A stretch of DNA of 64,000 bases from the human T2T-CHM13v2.0 reference genome, Homo sapiens: NCBI RefSeq assembly GCF_009914755.1, contig NC_060930.1; one strand, 5' to 3'. How positions within the stretch are numbered: the first letter of the stretch is position 1; each line of letters opens with the position of its first letter. A program made the position numbers and the translations under genes. The notes under the pieces were generated by a model. The model saw only the letters and a list, made by a program, of their open reading frames with translations. It had not been told where the DNA came from and made no database searches. Positions 16,781 to 32,129 of this stretch are shown here, in pieces.

Positions 16781-17271
16781 GTCTATCCCATGGACAAGCC
16801 AGAGGCCGTTCCTCATGAATGATGAAGACCTATTTTCAGAGCTTGAAGATGTGGCAAGATTATGAATGTGTGGTTGGCTGAGACATTTCAGGCAAGACTG
16901 TGAAAGCTGTGAGCAGAATTTCAAGCACTCAGATACTGATTCACCATTCTTTTATATTTCACAATTAAAGTACTCCTTGTTAGTTAAACCCACACAAATG
17001 CTTCCAGCATTTCTTATGTTGAACATAGGCGACCTGGGGAAAAATGTGAATTCCATTCTAAAGAGGCAAAATTTAACGCAGTAAAAAACAGCTATGGTTT
17101 TGCCAGACATTGGGTCTAGTTCATGAATATTTGCTGCCACCTGCAGTTTAAACTTGATATTCACTCTGGTCACCACCTGTAACTGAAGTGTGGCCCAGCA
17201 AATGAAAAGGAAGGTTGCGATGAGTATCCTCGTCATTGCTGCAGCCTTATGCTTACTTAAAATTGAAGTTT

Positions 17272-17740
17272 CTATTTGTACATCCCCATTCATAGCAACA
17301 TTATTTATAAAAGTCAAAGCATGGAAGCAACCCAAGTGTCCCTTGATGGTGAATGGATAAACAAAATATGTTATATACAAACAATATAATATTATTCAGC
17401 CTCAAAAAGGAAGTTTTGACACGTTATCACATAGATGAGCCTTGAAGACTTAACTGCAATAAGCCAATTACAAAAAGATAACTAATATATTATTTCACTT
17501 ATATGAGATTCTCAGAGCACTTAAATTCCCAGAAACAGCAAGTAGAATGGTGATTGACAGGGGCTAGGGAGGAAGAGGGAACGGAGAGTCAGAGTTTAAT
17601 GGATACAGAGTTTCAGTTGGGGAAGATGAAAAACGGCTGGACGTGGATGGTGGTGATGGTTGCACAAAAATGTGAATGTTCTCAGTGCCCAGAACTGTAC
17701 ATTCAAAAATGGCTAAAATGGCAAAAGATAATTTTTTAAA
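17272..17740 (+). mobile_element. L1MB-type 3' end
   Basis: ttcatagcaacattattt...ggaagcaacccaagtgtcc...tcagttggggaagatgaaaa. Confidence 0.85.
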
Positions 17741-18068
17741 ATGTTGAATTTCCAGGGAAGTGAGGAAGCTGATTCCGTAGACCACAGAAACCCGGCGTAT
17801 TCCAGTTTATGTTACCATGTAATAATAAGTTGACACTAAGTCTGTTGGGTTTCCCCATTCCTGAAAGAGGTGTCTTGTCTGTTGATGAACAGATTGTCAT
17901 GTTCTAGTCACAATGCAAATTATTTTGGCGGTGTCGAGAATGCAGCAGTTTAATGTACTACGAAAAATGCATGTAGTAGATTCAGCTGCAGGGAAGGAGG
18001 CAAGTTAGGGTAATTTGGGCAACTCATGTTTCTCTATAAAATCCATTTCCTGGCATATAGACTGAATA

Positions 18069-18104
18069 TTTTCATTAAAGAAACAGTTTTCATTAAAGAA
18101 ACAG
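18069..18104. repeat. Perfect 18-bp tandem duplication (ttttcattaaagaaacag)x2
   Basis: Direct reading. Confidence 0.95.
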
Positions 18105-18319
18105 AAAAGAGACTGTTTAGTGGCCCTAGAGAAATTGAAAAATTGTTTTCATGGTCTTCTGGTAGTTTTAAAACATAGCAAAGTAACAAGGCCATGTACT
18201 GCATATTATTCTATTAAAAACTATGTAATCCCTGATTGTACTTATTCTGGAAAGAAAGCAGGTGGGGACCTCCTATGTCCATGAAATGTGTTATTATTAT
18301 ACATAGAGTGTGGGAATGA

Positions 18320-18638
<319 letters not shown>

Positions 18639-19734
18639 TTGAATGATCATACTTCAAATTGAACGTGCCATGACTTCCATCCGGGTTAGGTTTAAACCGT
18701 TTAGAAAACTCTTGAGATAACATTTTTAGTTTTCTGGCCATTGAAAGTTGAATGGGTTTTAGAGTAGAGCAGTCTCCTTTATCCTTTTCACTTTCAGCTT
18801 AATTGATTTCCACCCCCACACTTGCAATTCAGATCGTCAGTGGCTATTACCTGTTATACCCTGAAGAGTGGCCACAGGACAGACATCACTCTACAGAGAA
18901 ATTGAATTTTATTCTTTTGGAAAATGGACTGCAATCCTGTCTCATAGCTTGAGATAGTCACACTATTTTTTAAAGGAAATGTGTGGAAAAGATAAAAATG
19001 AAATTGAGAAAGATAGTTAAAATATGAGGAAAGTTGAAAAAGGATAGATGTGGAATCCAAGGCATCTTTGGAAAACTTCTTTGTGTGGGATAAAGGATGC
19101 CTTCTGCGAAGAAAATCAGCAAAATGACCAACTGCCATAAAAGGGCACTTACAGTACATTTTTCCTTGCCTAAATGCTAAGTGGAGCTGCAGAAGGGAGG
19201 GGAAGGTTTTACTTCCTGTCTCTCTGGCAGAGGGGAGTGTAGTTGGCTGCCAGTCCCCTTGCTGTTCTCTGGGTCCACACCGCCCCAGTATGGCTGCAGC
19301 CACTGACTGAGCATGACAGGGTACTACTGCCAGCCCATTTCTGTGGCATGGCCATTGTGCTCATGGGGCAAGTTTCCTGATCACCATTATCAGATTATTT
19401 GACTCAACCCTTTAAAAAAAAATGCTCTCATTATGTTCCTGAAACATTACAACTGTGGCCAGGAAACTCTCTCGCTTGCTCAACCTGCCTCCTAATTTCC
19501 CCAGATCTCCCTGGCTCTCAAGGTCCTTCCCCTTCACTGTTTAAATGAGGCCTGGCTGTGTCCTGAGTTACGGGTTGTCATGCAGCTTTCTTAAGTCCCC
19601 ATTATGACTTGGTGCCTGGATGTGGAGACTTGCTTCCCAGTGATGCTTCTGAAACCAGTTTTCTTCCTTTTTTTTCAACCTCACCACCCCTAATCATGCT
19701 TCTTTGAAGCTCATACCATACAACTATAGTTCTC

Positions 19735-20384
<650 letters not shown>

Positions 20385-20448
20385 CTATCCCATATTGCTA
20401 TTATCTCTCATTCACAGAACAGCTTCCAGGGCAGTGTTTCTCTCCACC

Positions 20449-20543
20449 TAAAGTTGTCAGATTTGGCAAATAAAAATACAGAATGCCCAGTTAAATTTGA
20501 TTTTCAGACAAACAGCAAATAGTGTTTTATTTGGCAACCCTCT
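20449..20543. mobile_element. MER53 (hAT MITE), internally deleted
   Basis: gttgtcagatttggcaaataaaaatacag...ttttatttggcaaccc ends. Confidence 0.7.
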
Positions 20544-20649
20544 ATTGTCCCTGATTCCTCCCATGAATTTCAGTGCTTCAGTATCCACAGGGATGACCCC
20601 ACTAACACAGCCTCTGTCACTAGCCTCCTAACCTTCCATGGCTGTATAA

Positions 20650-21294
<645 letters not shown>

Positions 21295-21625
21295 TAAATA
21301 TTCACTTAATGTTCCAAATGATTTATAAATTTGTCTTCTTCCAAAATATTTCTGATGGTCTTCATTTTTCCATCAACCATATTTAAACTGGTCACAAAGA
21401 AACTGTTTATTCCACAGCTCAAATAAAATTGAATTTTCATATTCCAACAATATTTAAATATAGTTCATTCAATAACCATTTATTAATTATTTTATTTTAG
21501 GCACAGAGGAAAGGGAAATAAATAAGATACGGCTCATATGCCTAATAATTCTGTTCTGATCACCCTGCAGAAGTAGGATAGACCCCCATCCGGAACTTGA
21601 TTCAGATGTCAAGACTGATGATGTG

Positions 21626-21765
21626 ACTGGGCGAGGTGGCTCATGCCCGTAAACCTGGCACTTTGGGAGGCCAAGGCAGGAGGATAGCTTGAGACCAGGA
21701 GCTCGAGACCACCATGGGCAAAATAGTGAGATCCTGTCTCTAATTAAAAAATAAAAAATAATTTT
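21626..21765 (+). mobile_element. FLAM Alu monomer
   Basis: TSD aagactgatgatg. Confidence 0.85.
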
Positions 21766-21895
21766 AAAAGACTGATGATGCCACACATACATCAAGAAGT
21801 TATGAAAGGTTTGTTACTTACATAATGAGGCTTTCTGAGTACAGCAGGTCAAGTTTCCCAAGCTGGTTCAAATGGCTTAAGAGAGCAGGGTATAT

Positions 21896-22270
<375 letters not shown>

Positions 22271-22454
22271 CTAGAGACTGTCTTGGGGCTTTATGGTGGT
22301 TAGGAGATGGGGCCACAGTGAGGGTTTCCCTGTTGAGGGTTTGAATTTCCTATCAGCTCCAAAGGAGAGAGAGCATGGCTTTTTGTAATGGCTTGCTCAG
22401 AGGTGGGGGCAGAAGGGGAAAAGGGACTGGTGGGCTTGAAAACTTCCAGTAGTC

Positions 22455-22755
22455 CATTATCCTAAGTGATCTAACACAAAGGCAAAAAACCAGATACCGC
22501 ATGTCCTCATTTATAAGTGGGAGCTAAACACTAAGTACACATGATCATAAAGATGGGAACAATAGCCACTGGGGATCACTAGATGAGGGAGGGAGGGGGG
22601 CATGGGCTAAAGGACCCCATGTTGGGTACTATGCCTATGACCTGAACGACAGGATCGTTGGGACCTCAAGCCTCAGTGTCACACAGTTTACCCATATAAC
22701 AAATCTGCATGTGTACCCTTAATCTACAATAAGTTGAAACCTGTTTTTAAAAAAG
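22455..22755 (+). mobile_element. 5'-truncated L1 (L1PB / old L1PA) 3' end
   Basis: ttataagtgggagctaaac...aacaaatctgcatgtgtaccc; TSD gaaaactt(c/t)cagtagtc. Confidence 0.88.
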
Positions 22756-22809
22756 AAAACTTTCAGTAGTCAGACATAAAAAATAGACTCAGGCTCTTTA
22801 TTACAAATC

Positions 22810-23620
22810 CCAGTCTAGTGGAGGAGAAAAGCAGGTGAATCAATAAAAACATTACAAGGCGATAAATGTCCACAGTGCTGTGCAAGTCCAGAGAAATGAG
22901 TGTCCAGCTGCCTGTGGAAGACTTCATAAAACTGGCATTGACTGGATCTCAAAGGGAAGAAGACTCTCTCAAAGCAGAGAAGGATTAAGGAGGACAGGAG
23001 GAATTTTCAGGCTTAGGGAACAGTATTTGGAAAATCACAGATATATGAAAGTGCATAGTGTATTCTGAAAACAATCCACAGTCCCTTTGTAAAGAGTAAG
23101 GGGCATCTGGAGAGGAAGCAGAGGCCAGAAGAGGACCCTGGGGAGGAAGTGTGTGTATGTGAGATGAGCTCTGTATGGCATTCTAAATGTTTTGACTTTA
23201 TCCTTTGGAAAACAGGAAAGCCTCCCAGACAGGATAGTATCTGCATTTTAGAAATATTATTCAGGTCTCAGGAGAATTGGTGAGTGACCAAGTAGAACTA
23301 CCAGGTGCGACCAGCAGGGGACACGATTGCAATCATCGAGTTTGGAGGCTAGGAGGACATTAACCAAGGCTAGGGGATTGGGAGTGGGCATAGATTTGGG
23401 AGACAAGTCTGTGGATCATTTTGTGTGTAAGGGTGAGAGAGAGTGAGAAACAAACTCTTGGGATTTTAACTTGGACTACTGGGAATCAGGAATGATCAAC
23501 AGATTTCTGATTTTGGTGACCATGTACATAGTGGTGCCCTTAACTAGGCTAGGAAACAGGGAAGAGGGAAGAAGAAATAGTGAGATCCATGTAGAGAATG
23601 TTCAATTAGCAATGCCCTGG
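22810..23620 (-). mobile_element. L2 fragments
   Basis: Purine-rich degenerate antisense L2 (gactttatcct...atctgcattttagaaa; atagtggtgcccttaact). Confidence 0.5.
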
Positions 23621-24678
23621 CAGGGCTTCCTGGCTAGTCCTTTTCGTACTTAAAGTTGTCAGTAGGCCATACTGCCACACAATACATTTGAGTACAGCAA
23701 TGTATAATCGGACCCTAACCCAGGCGGCCTCTTCCACTGTGGTCACCTTGAGAGGCTATATCAGTTCTGTTGCTGCTGTCAGAGGCCCCAGTGCTTTGAA
23801 CATGCCTGCGACTCAGAGGTAAGACCTGCTTCTTACGTACCTTCACGGTTTATGAAGTACTTTATCTTAGGTGAACCTCAGAACAACCCTGTGAAGTATA
23901 CAGTAGGATTATCATTTTTTACAGATAACAAAACAGACTCAAAGAGGTTGCTTCTCTAGTTCACATGGTTAGAAATGGAGGACTTGAACCCTCCTTTTTA
24001 GTGATTAATTTAATTGGTTGAGGATTTGTAGGACCTGAAAGTTTAGCTAGGTGTGTGGAGTCTGCCTTTTAGTGCAAGTTTAGCCAGCCAAGGGTTGAGA
24101 GAAACAGGCAGGGGTGGGGGTATCCCAGAAGCAGGACCAGTCAGGGACTCAGTTACAGGAGAGAAGCAGTCAGGGACCAGAGAGCTGGAGGCAGGGTCTA
24201 AATTCTGGATCACCCAGAGGGTCAAGAAGAGATGAAGTGACACCAAAGATCACTCAGATTTTAAGGCAGAAACTTTGCTTTCTGGATTGCTGTATATGGC
24301 CTTTGGGGCATGGGAAGCTCTGACCTGCAGTTATTAATTAAGCCAGGACCTTTCCATAGATGCAGAAGTTTGGTCTTCCACAATCAAGGATAATTCTTAT
24401 TTTTTATAATAATGAAAAACTGGAGTGAATGTAAAACAGTACACTGGCTCCACCATTCACTAGCTATAAAATTAATTTAACATTCATTTCTTCCTATGTA
24501 AAATGTGAGCATAAAAATCACTGATCTCCTAAAGTTGTTGTCAGTATTAAATAAGACAATATATATAAAGGGCTTAGAATAATACTTAGCTCATATTAAA
24601 CACTCAATAATAGTTACCTTTATTATTGTGGGAAATGATCTCAACAGAGTTTATAAAGCTATTATGTTTCTCATGAGT

Positions 24679-25762
24679 TGTTGCGGGAAGTCAGGGACCC
24701 CAAACAGAGGGACTGGCTGAAGCCATGGTGGAAGAACATGAATTGTGAAGATTTCATTGACATTTATTAGATCCCCAAATTAATATTTTTATAATTTCTT
24801 ACGCCTGTCTTTACTGCAATCTCTGAACATAAATTGTGAAGATTTCATGGACACTTATCACTTCCCCAATCAATACCCTTGTGATTTCCTATGCCTATCT
24901 TTACTTTAATCTCCTAATCCCATCATTTTCGTAAGCTGAGGAGGATGTATGTCATCTCAGGACCCTGTGATGATTGCGTTAACAGCACAAATTGTTTGTA
25001 GAGCATATGTGTCTGAACAATATGAAATCTGGGCACCTTGAAAAAAAAACAAGATAACAGCAGTGTTCAGGGAACAAGAGAGGTAACCTTAAACTGACCG
25101 CCAGTGAGCTGGGCAGAACAGAGCCATATTTCTCTTCTTTCAAAAGCAAATGGGAGAAATATCGCTGAATTCTTTTTCTCAGCAAGGAACATCCCTGAGA
25201 AAGAGAATGCATCCCTAAGGGTAGGCCTCTGAAACGGCCCCCTTGGGTGCGGCTGTCTTCTATGGTCGAAACTGTAGGGATGAAATAAGCCCCAGTCTCC
25301 CATAGCGCTCCCAGGCTTATTAGGATGAGGAAATTCCCGCCTAATAAATTTTGGTCAGACTGGTTGTCTGCTGTCAAACCCTGTCTCCCGATAACATGTT
25401 ATCAATGACAATGCGTGCCAAAACTTCATTAGCAATTTTAATTTCGCCCCGGTCCTGTGGTCCTGCGATCTCGCCCTGCCTCCATTTGCCTTGTGATAGT
25501 GTATTACCTTGTGAAGCACGTGATCTCTGTGACCCACACCCTATTCGTACGCTCCCTCCTCTTTTGAAAATCACTAATAAAAACTTGCTGGTTTTACAGC
25601 TCAGGGGGCATCACAGAAACTACCGACATGTGAAGTCTCCCCCGGACACCCAGCTTTAAAATTTCTCTCTTTTGTACTCTGTCCCTTTATTTCTCAAACC
25701 GGCCAGTGCTTAAGGAAAATAGAAAAGAACCCATGTGAAATCGGGGGCAGGTTCCCCTGATA
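24679..25762 (+). mobile_element. MER11 (HERV-K11/HML-8) full-length solo LTR, about 1084 bp (MER11C-like)
   Basis: tgttgcgggaagtcagggaccc...ggggcaggttcccctgata; internal aattgtgaagatttcat repeats; 6-bp TSD atgagt (24673-24678 / 25763-25768). Confidence 0.93.
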
Positions 25763-25916
25763 ATGAGTTTGTAATAAGATGGCATACTTTAAAAATTGTT
25801 AGTATATGAACACAAAATAACCACAACTATAAAATTAAGAAAAAAAGAGACTGGAAAAAACTTCTCCAACATGTCATCAGTTTTTGCCTTTTTTAAAAAA
25901 GTAATAGCTATATTGA

Positions 25917-26228
25917 GGCTAGGTGTCGTGGCTCATGCCTGTAAACCCAGCACTTTGGGAGACAGAGGCAGGAGGATTACTTGAGTCCAGGAGTTCAAGA
26001 CTGGCCTGAGCAAGATGGTGAGATTCTGTCTCTACAAAATACAAAAAAATAAAAAAATAAAAAATAAAAATTAGTAGGGCATGGTGGTTTATGCCTGTAG
26101 TCCCAGGAGGCTGAGTTGAGAGGATTGCTTGAGCCCAGGAGGTCGAGGCTGCAGTGAGCCATGATTGTGCCGCTGCAGCACAGCATGGGTGACACAGCAA
26201 GACCCTGCCCCAAATGATAATAATAATA
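25917..26228 (+). mobile_element. Alu (AluJ-like)
   Basis: Diverged dimer. Confidence 0.88.
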
Positions 26229-26231
26229 GTC

Positions 26232-26945
26232 TTATTGAGACATAATTCACGTACCCTAAAATTCACTCTTCTAAAGTATACAGTTCACAGTCAGTTGTTT
26301 TTAGCATATTCACAGAATTGTGCAAGCATCACCAGCATCTAATTTTAGAAGGTTGCATCACTGCAAAAAGAAACCCTGCACCCATTTGCTGTTACTCATA
26401 ATCCGCTTGTTCTTCCCAGCCCCTGGCAACCACTAATCTACTTTCTCTACGGATTTGCCTGTGGTGGACATTTGATAGAAGTGACATCATACAATATATG
26501 GTATTCTGTATCTTTCAGGAAACATAATGTTTTCAAGGTTTATCCATGTTTTAGTACGTATCTATATTCATTCCTCTTTATGGCCAGATAATACTCCATT
26601 GTATAGACACACTACATATTGTATAGACACTGTCCTTCAGTTGATGGACCTTTGAGTTTTTTCTACTTTGGGGCTACTATGCTGCCATCAGTATTAGTGT
26701 TCAAATGTGTGGACAAATGTTTTCGGTTCTCTTGAGTATATACACAGAGGTGGAGTTGCTGTGTCATATGGTAACTCTATGTTTCACATTTTAAGGACCT
26801 CCCAACTGTTTTCTAAAGTGGCTGTACTATTTTACAATCCCGCTAACAACGTATGAGGGTTCAAATTTCTCCATATCCTCATCAACACTTACTATGGTCT
26901 GTCTTATTAAATACAGCCATCCTAATGGGTGTGAAATAGGATCTA
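26232..26945 (-). mobile_element. L1MB-type fragment
   Basis: ttattgagacataattcac...cccagcccctggcaaccactaatctactttc...cagccatcctaatgggtgtgaa. Confidence 0.85.
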
Positions 26946-27029
26946 GTGGCAGAGCTGTTTCTATTTGAGTGGAGAAATGTATTACTTTTTTTTTTCACTC
27001 AATTTTATGGACTAAAAGAAAGTGATGGT

Positions 27030-27334
27030 TTTTCTCTTTCTTTCTTTCTTCCTTTCTTTCTTTCTTTCTTTCTTTTTTTTTTTTTTTTAGGAGACAGGGT
27101 CTTGTTCTGTTGCCCAGGCTGGAGTGCAGTGGCATGCTCATCCTGCCTCAAACTCCTGTGTAGCTAGGACTGTATGCAGGTACCACTGCATCTGAAAAAC
27201 TTTCTTTTTTTTTTTGTAGAGATGAAGTCTTGATATGATGCCCAGACTGCTGTTGAACTCCTGGCCTCCAGTAATCCTCCCACATTGGCCTCTCAAAGTA
27301 CTGGGATTATAGGTGTGAGCCACCACACCTAGCC
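27030..27334 (-). mobile_element. Alu (AluJ-like, deleted) with (TTTC)n tail
   Basis: Antisense Alu. Confidence 0.85.
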
Positions 27335-27354
27335 CTGTATTATATTTTTAATAG

Positions 27355-27661
<307 letters not shown>

Positions 27662-28134
27662 TTTTAAAATTCTTTTTTAAGGAAAATTAAATCCATAAGC
27701 AGTATGAGAGTTTTAGTTTGAGTGCCATTTCCGTTAATTTTAAATAGTCCCTGAAATTGCATAATCCAGAAATTAACAAAACTTAATGATGTCAGCAAAT
27801 TTGAAGTGGCATCTTTTCTTATTTATAAATATTTTAGCAGCACTGACATTCTAATGAGGACATCTAAGATATTTGCTGTCAGTTGAGTGATTATTTGGTA
27901 TTTAAGTGTAAATTAACCCATCAGCTATATCACTTATATCCGGCTTCATGCTAAATAGTTTAGGAGGCTAAGTGGTTTGAGAATAAGGCAAAGTGATTTC
28001 TTAAAAAGGCATGAAGATCTGAACTGTCAGTTAAAAAGAACAGTATTGAACGCTGCTTTACCAAGATAAGTGACACAGTGCTTAACATAATTTGGCCCTA
28101 TTTATTATCCTTTCTATGTAGACTCTTGGTAACT

Positions 28135-28293
28135 TTTTATTTTATTTATTTACTTGTTTGTTTCTTTACTTATTTATTTTTATAGAGATGCAGTTGTTGG
28201 CCAGGGTGGTCTCAAACTCCTGGCCTCAAGCAGTCCTCCCACCTCGGCCTCCCAAAGTGCTGGGATTACAGGCAGGAGCCACCATGACCAGCT
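28135..28293 (-). mobile_element. FLAM Alu monomer
   Basis: Antisense left monomer with T-rich tail. Confidence 0.8.
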
Positions 28294-28864
28294 TGGAACT
28301 TTTTAGTGCAACTCTTTTCTATCAGAGTGAATTAATTAATCCATCTCTTGGGAGTGCTACTGCTCTTTCTCTGTGGGGATATAGATCTTTCTAGAAGCAC
28401 TACAGAGACAGCCCTCTCCATTCTGGACCTCCAGCCTTAGTGGTCAGGGAGAAGCGGAAAAAGGCCTCTGAAGGGAATGTCTTGCATTAATAGGGCTTCT
28501 AGAGGAATTCAGATATTGTTGGTCTAACAAGAGCAAGCTCCTTTTTTATGCCTCTGCTGTGTTAACTTAAAAAAAATACAATTTATCAATTTAGAAGAGT
28601 AGAAGAGGAGACTTTATTTTTTACAAAGGGTTGTAGCCAGCAAGGTGGCCTTTCTGACAGTCTGGGAAGCATAGTCTGTGGCCAGAAGCCAGAAACAGAT
28701 ACTTCAGAGGAGGGCAAAAGGAACAGGAATGTATGCCAAGTAGAGAGGTCAAACCTACATATTCAATAAGCTGTAAAAGGAGTCATGAATATTTATGAAA
28801 GGAGAAACGTGCACATGCACAACTGAGCTTCCTGCTTCTTCTCCATGTTCAAAAAATGGCATTG

Positions 28865-29212
<348 letters not shown>

Positions 29213-29329
29213 TCAGTCCTCTAATGTCACAAAGTGAAGCAGAGGACATGAAAACCCTTACTGTGCATTCTCCATGGACTGGCCAGAACCACTCCATGGT
29301 CTGTGGTCTCAGGCAAAACAGTAGGGGCA

Positions 29330-29681
<352 letters not shown>

Positions 29682-29709
29682 TCAGGGGTAACATGATTTT
29701 AAACATGAT

Positions 29710-29765
29710 TTAAATGTTTAAATCAAGCCAATAATGATTATAACTATTCCATTGGCTTTAACTTT
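29710..29765 (+). repeat. 56-bp dispersed direct copy of 30628-30683
   Basis: Manual alignment: 2 mismatches. Confidence 0.95.
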
Positions 29766-31485
29766 TGAAAGTGTTGAGTTCTGTTAGGCCCTTAGGGAAG
29801 AAAGCCCAATCATGGTTGGCAAGGAAGGGAGTCTGACCCCGGCTCCCATCAGGGCCGAGAACTCTGTTTTCAACGTTACTCAGGGGTCCCCTTGGCAAAG
29901 AGATGATCCATTCAGTCCGTTGGAGGCTTGGAGTTTTATTTTTAGTTTACCATTGTTTATGTTGACAAGTTGATTGCTGTTTATGCTATTTGCAGTATGT
30001 ATAGGTGTTTGGGTCACAGAATCTTAAGAAATAAATATGGACAGTTATATACTGTAGAGAAATATATTCGGAAACATTTGTTTCCTCTCTACTCTATTTT
30101 AAATTTGAAGTTAGCCATTTGCTGATTGTGCCATTACATTACAGTTGTAAAATGCAAGTTTAGATACATCTTCAGACACAAACATTTACAAAGCACACTC
30201 CAAGATACAACTTTGCACACTCCCAAAACATAGTGACTATTGCTATTTATGGAACTCTATGTTGCTGGTTATAATATCCACTTTGAAATTTCTCATTTTA
30301 TTCTTTTTTTAAATTTAAAATATTCTCAGTTATTCATAGTCTTAGCCAATCAGTATTTATGCAGTTAAAGATGACAGCTAAAGAAATATTTTAGTTCAAA
30401 GGATTTTTATCTTTTGTTTCATTTGGTTTAATTATCTGGCCTCAAACAACTTAAATTCTGGCAGCATTGCTCTTACTCTAGTTCTTAGCCTTGAAAACTT
30501 CTTATATATGTCAACTATGTAAATAGCTTTACAGTATCAACATTCTTCTTGTAAGTTCAACAACTTTTATTGACTGGCAATGTTTTATGTAAATTGTAGA
30601 GTTATGTTGAAACTTATAAGGCATCTCTTAAATGTTTAAATCAAGGCAATAATGATTATAACTATCCCATTGGCTTTAACTTTCTGCCAGTAATTGTAAT
30701 TATAATTTTAAAAATCTACATTTATTTATAAAATTTTACCTGGGGGTGTAAAAGCCTTCTCATACTCTATTAAAAAGACCATTATATGCTGTTAAAATGA
30801 GTCATGCTGAAATCATTGCTTACAAAGGGTTCATCTAAATGATAATGGGTATAAAAAGGAAGTTACAACCTGGTAGTAGAGGTCTTTTTTTCCATCTGGC
30901 AAATCTAATAAAACGTGAAAAGACATTAAGTCATGAACAAACACCCAATTAGAAGATCAAATAAACTATGGCCCTAATTTTTTTTTTTATATCTTTAAAG
31001 TACTTTTGGTAACAATTATTAATCTGTATATTCCAAGTAGATACAACCTCAGAAACTTTATAATACAACATTTGTTTTTAGCTTTCATGAGGTTATGTAG
31101 CTGATGAGAGAGATAAACATTTTGCCACAGGAAAATGCATATGTGCTTACTTGATTTTACATAAAAATCCCAGGGATCCACAGTTCCCTAGAATTCCTGT
31201 TATTATATTGTATTATGTATTGTAATTAAGCTAATTTTTACTAACGCTTTGAAAGTGCCTTGAAAGGTGTTATTTACAAATCATTCTTTATAAACATTGT
31301 TGTAGCTTGATATTCAGGCATTTTAATTCATATCCAGGCAGTTGTATCTATTAATAGTTTTTTAGAATAAGCTTTCAGAAAATTTGTATGTAAGTCTGGT
31401 CTATGACTTCAAACAGCTTTATTAATCAATCAACATATGTATGGTTAATAATTACTGTCTGGATCTCTTTCAGCAAGTCCAATAA

Positions 31486-31762
<277 letters not shown>

Positions 31763-32129
31763 TGTTATTTCCTTATTTTAAAGCTCATTTCTTTACATTC
31801 ATTGAAGAGTTGGTTATAAACCTAGACGGACACACCAATTTGCATACCATTGTTGGATAGCATGAGTTTTCTGGCATATACATATCTAAACTTTGCAGCC
31901 ACAACTGGCAGACTACTTTTACATTCCCAGAAGAGTTGATCTAATTATACAGTGGACCAATAGGTCAACTTTCTGTGAGGAGTTTCCAGAGTCTTGCTCA
32001 TCGTATGTGCCCAGAGAAGTTGTTGGAAGCAACTAGCAAGCCAGCAAGTGGAGGACTTCCTGGTAGCACTCCAGCCACTCAGAGTTGTAAAATTTCCCTG
32101 AATATGATCTGTTGTAGTTTCAGTGTAGA

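Noticed and set aside
24734-24853. Direct repeats aattgtgaagatttcat inside MER11
   Set aside because: Intrinsic to the MER11 consensus; not CRISPR-like or novel
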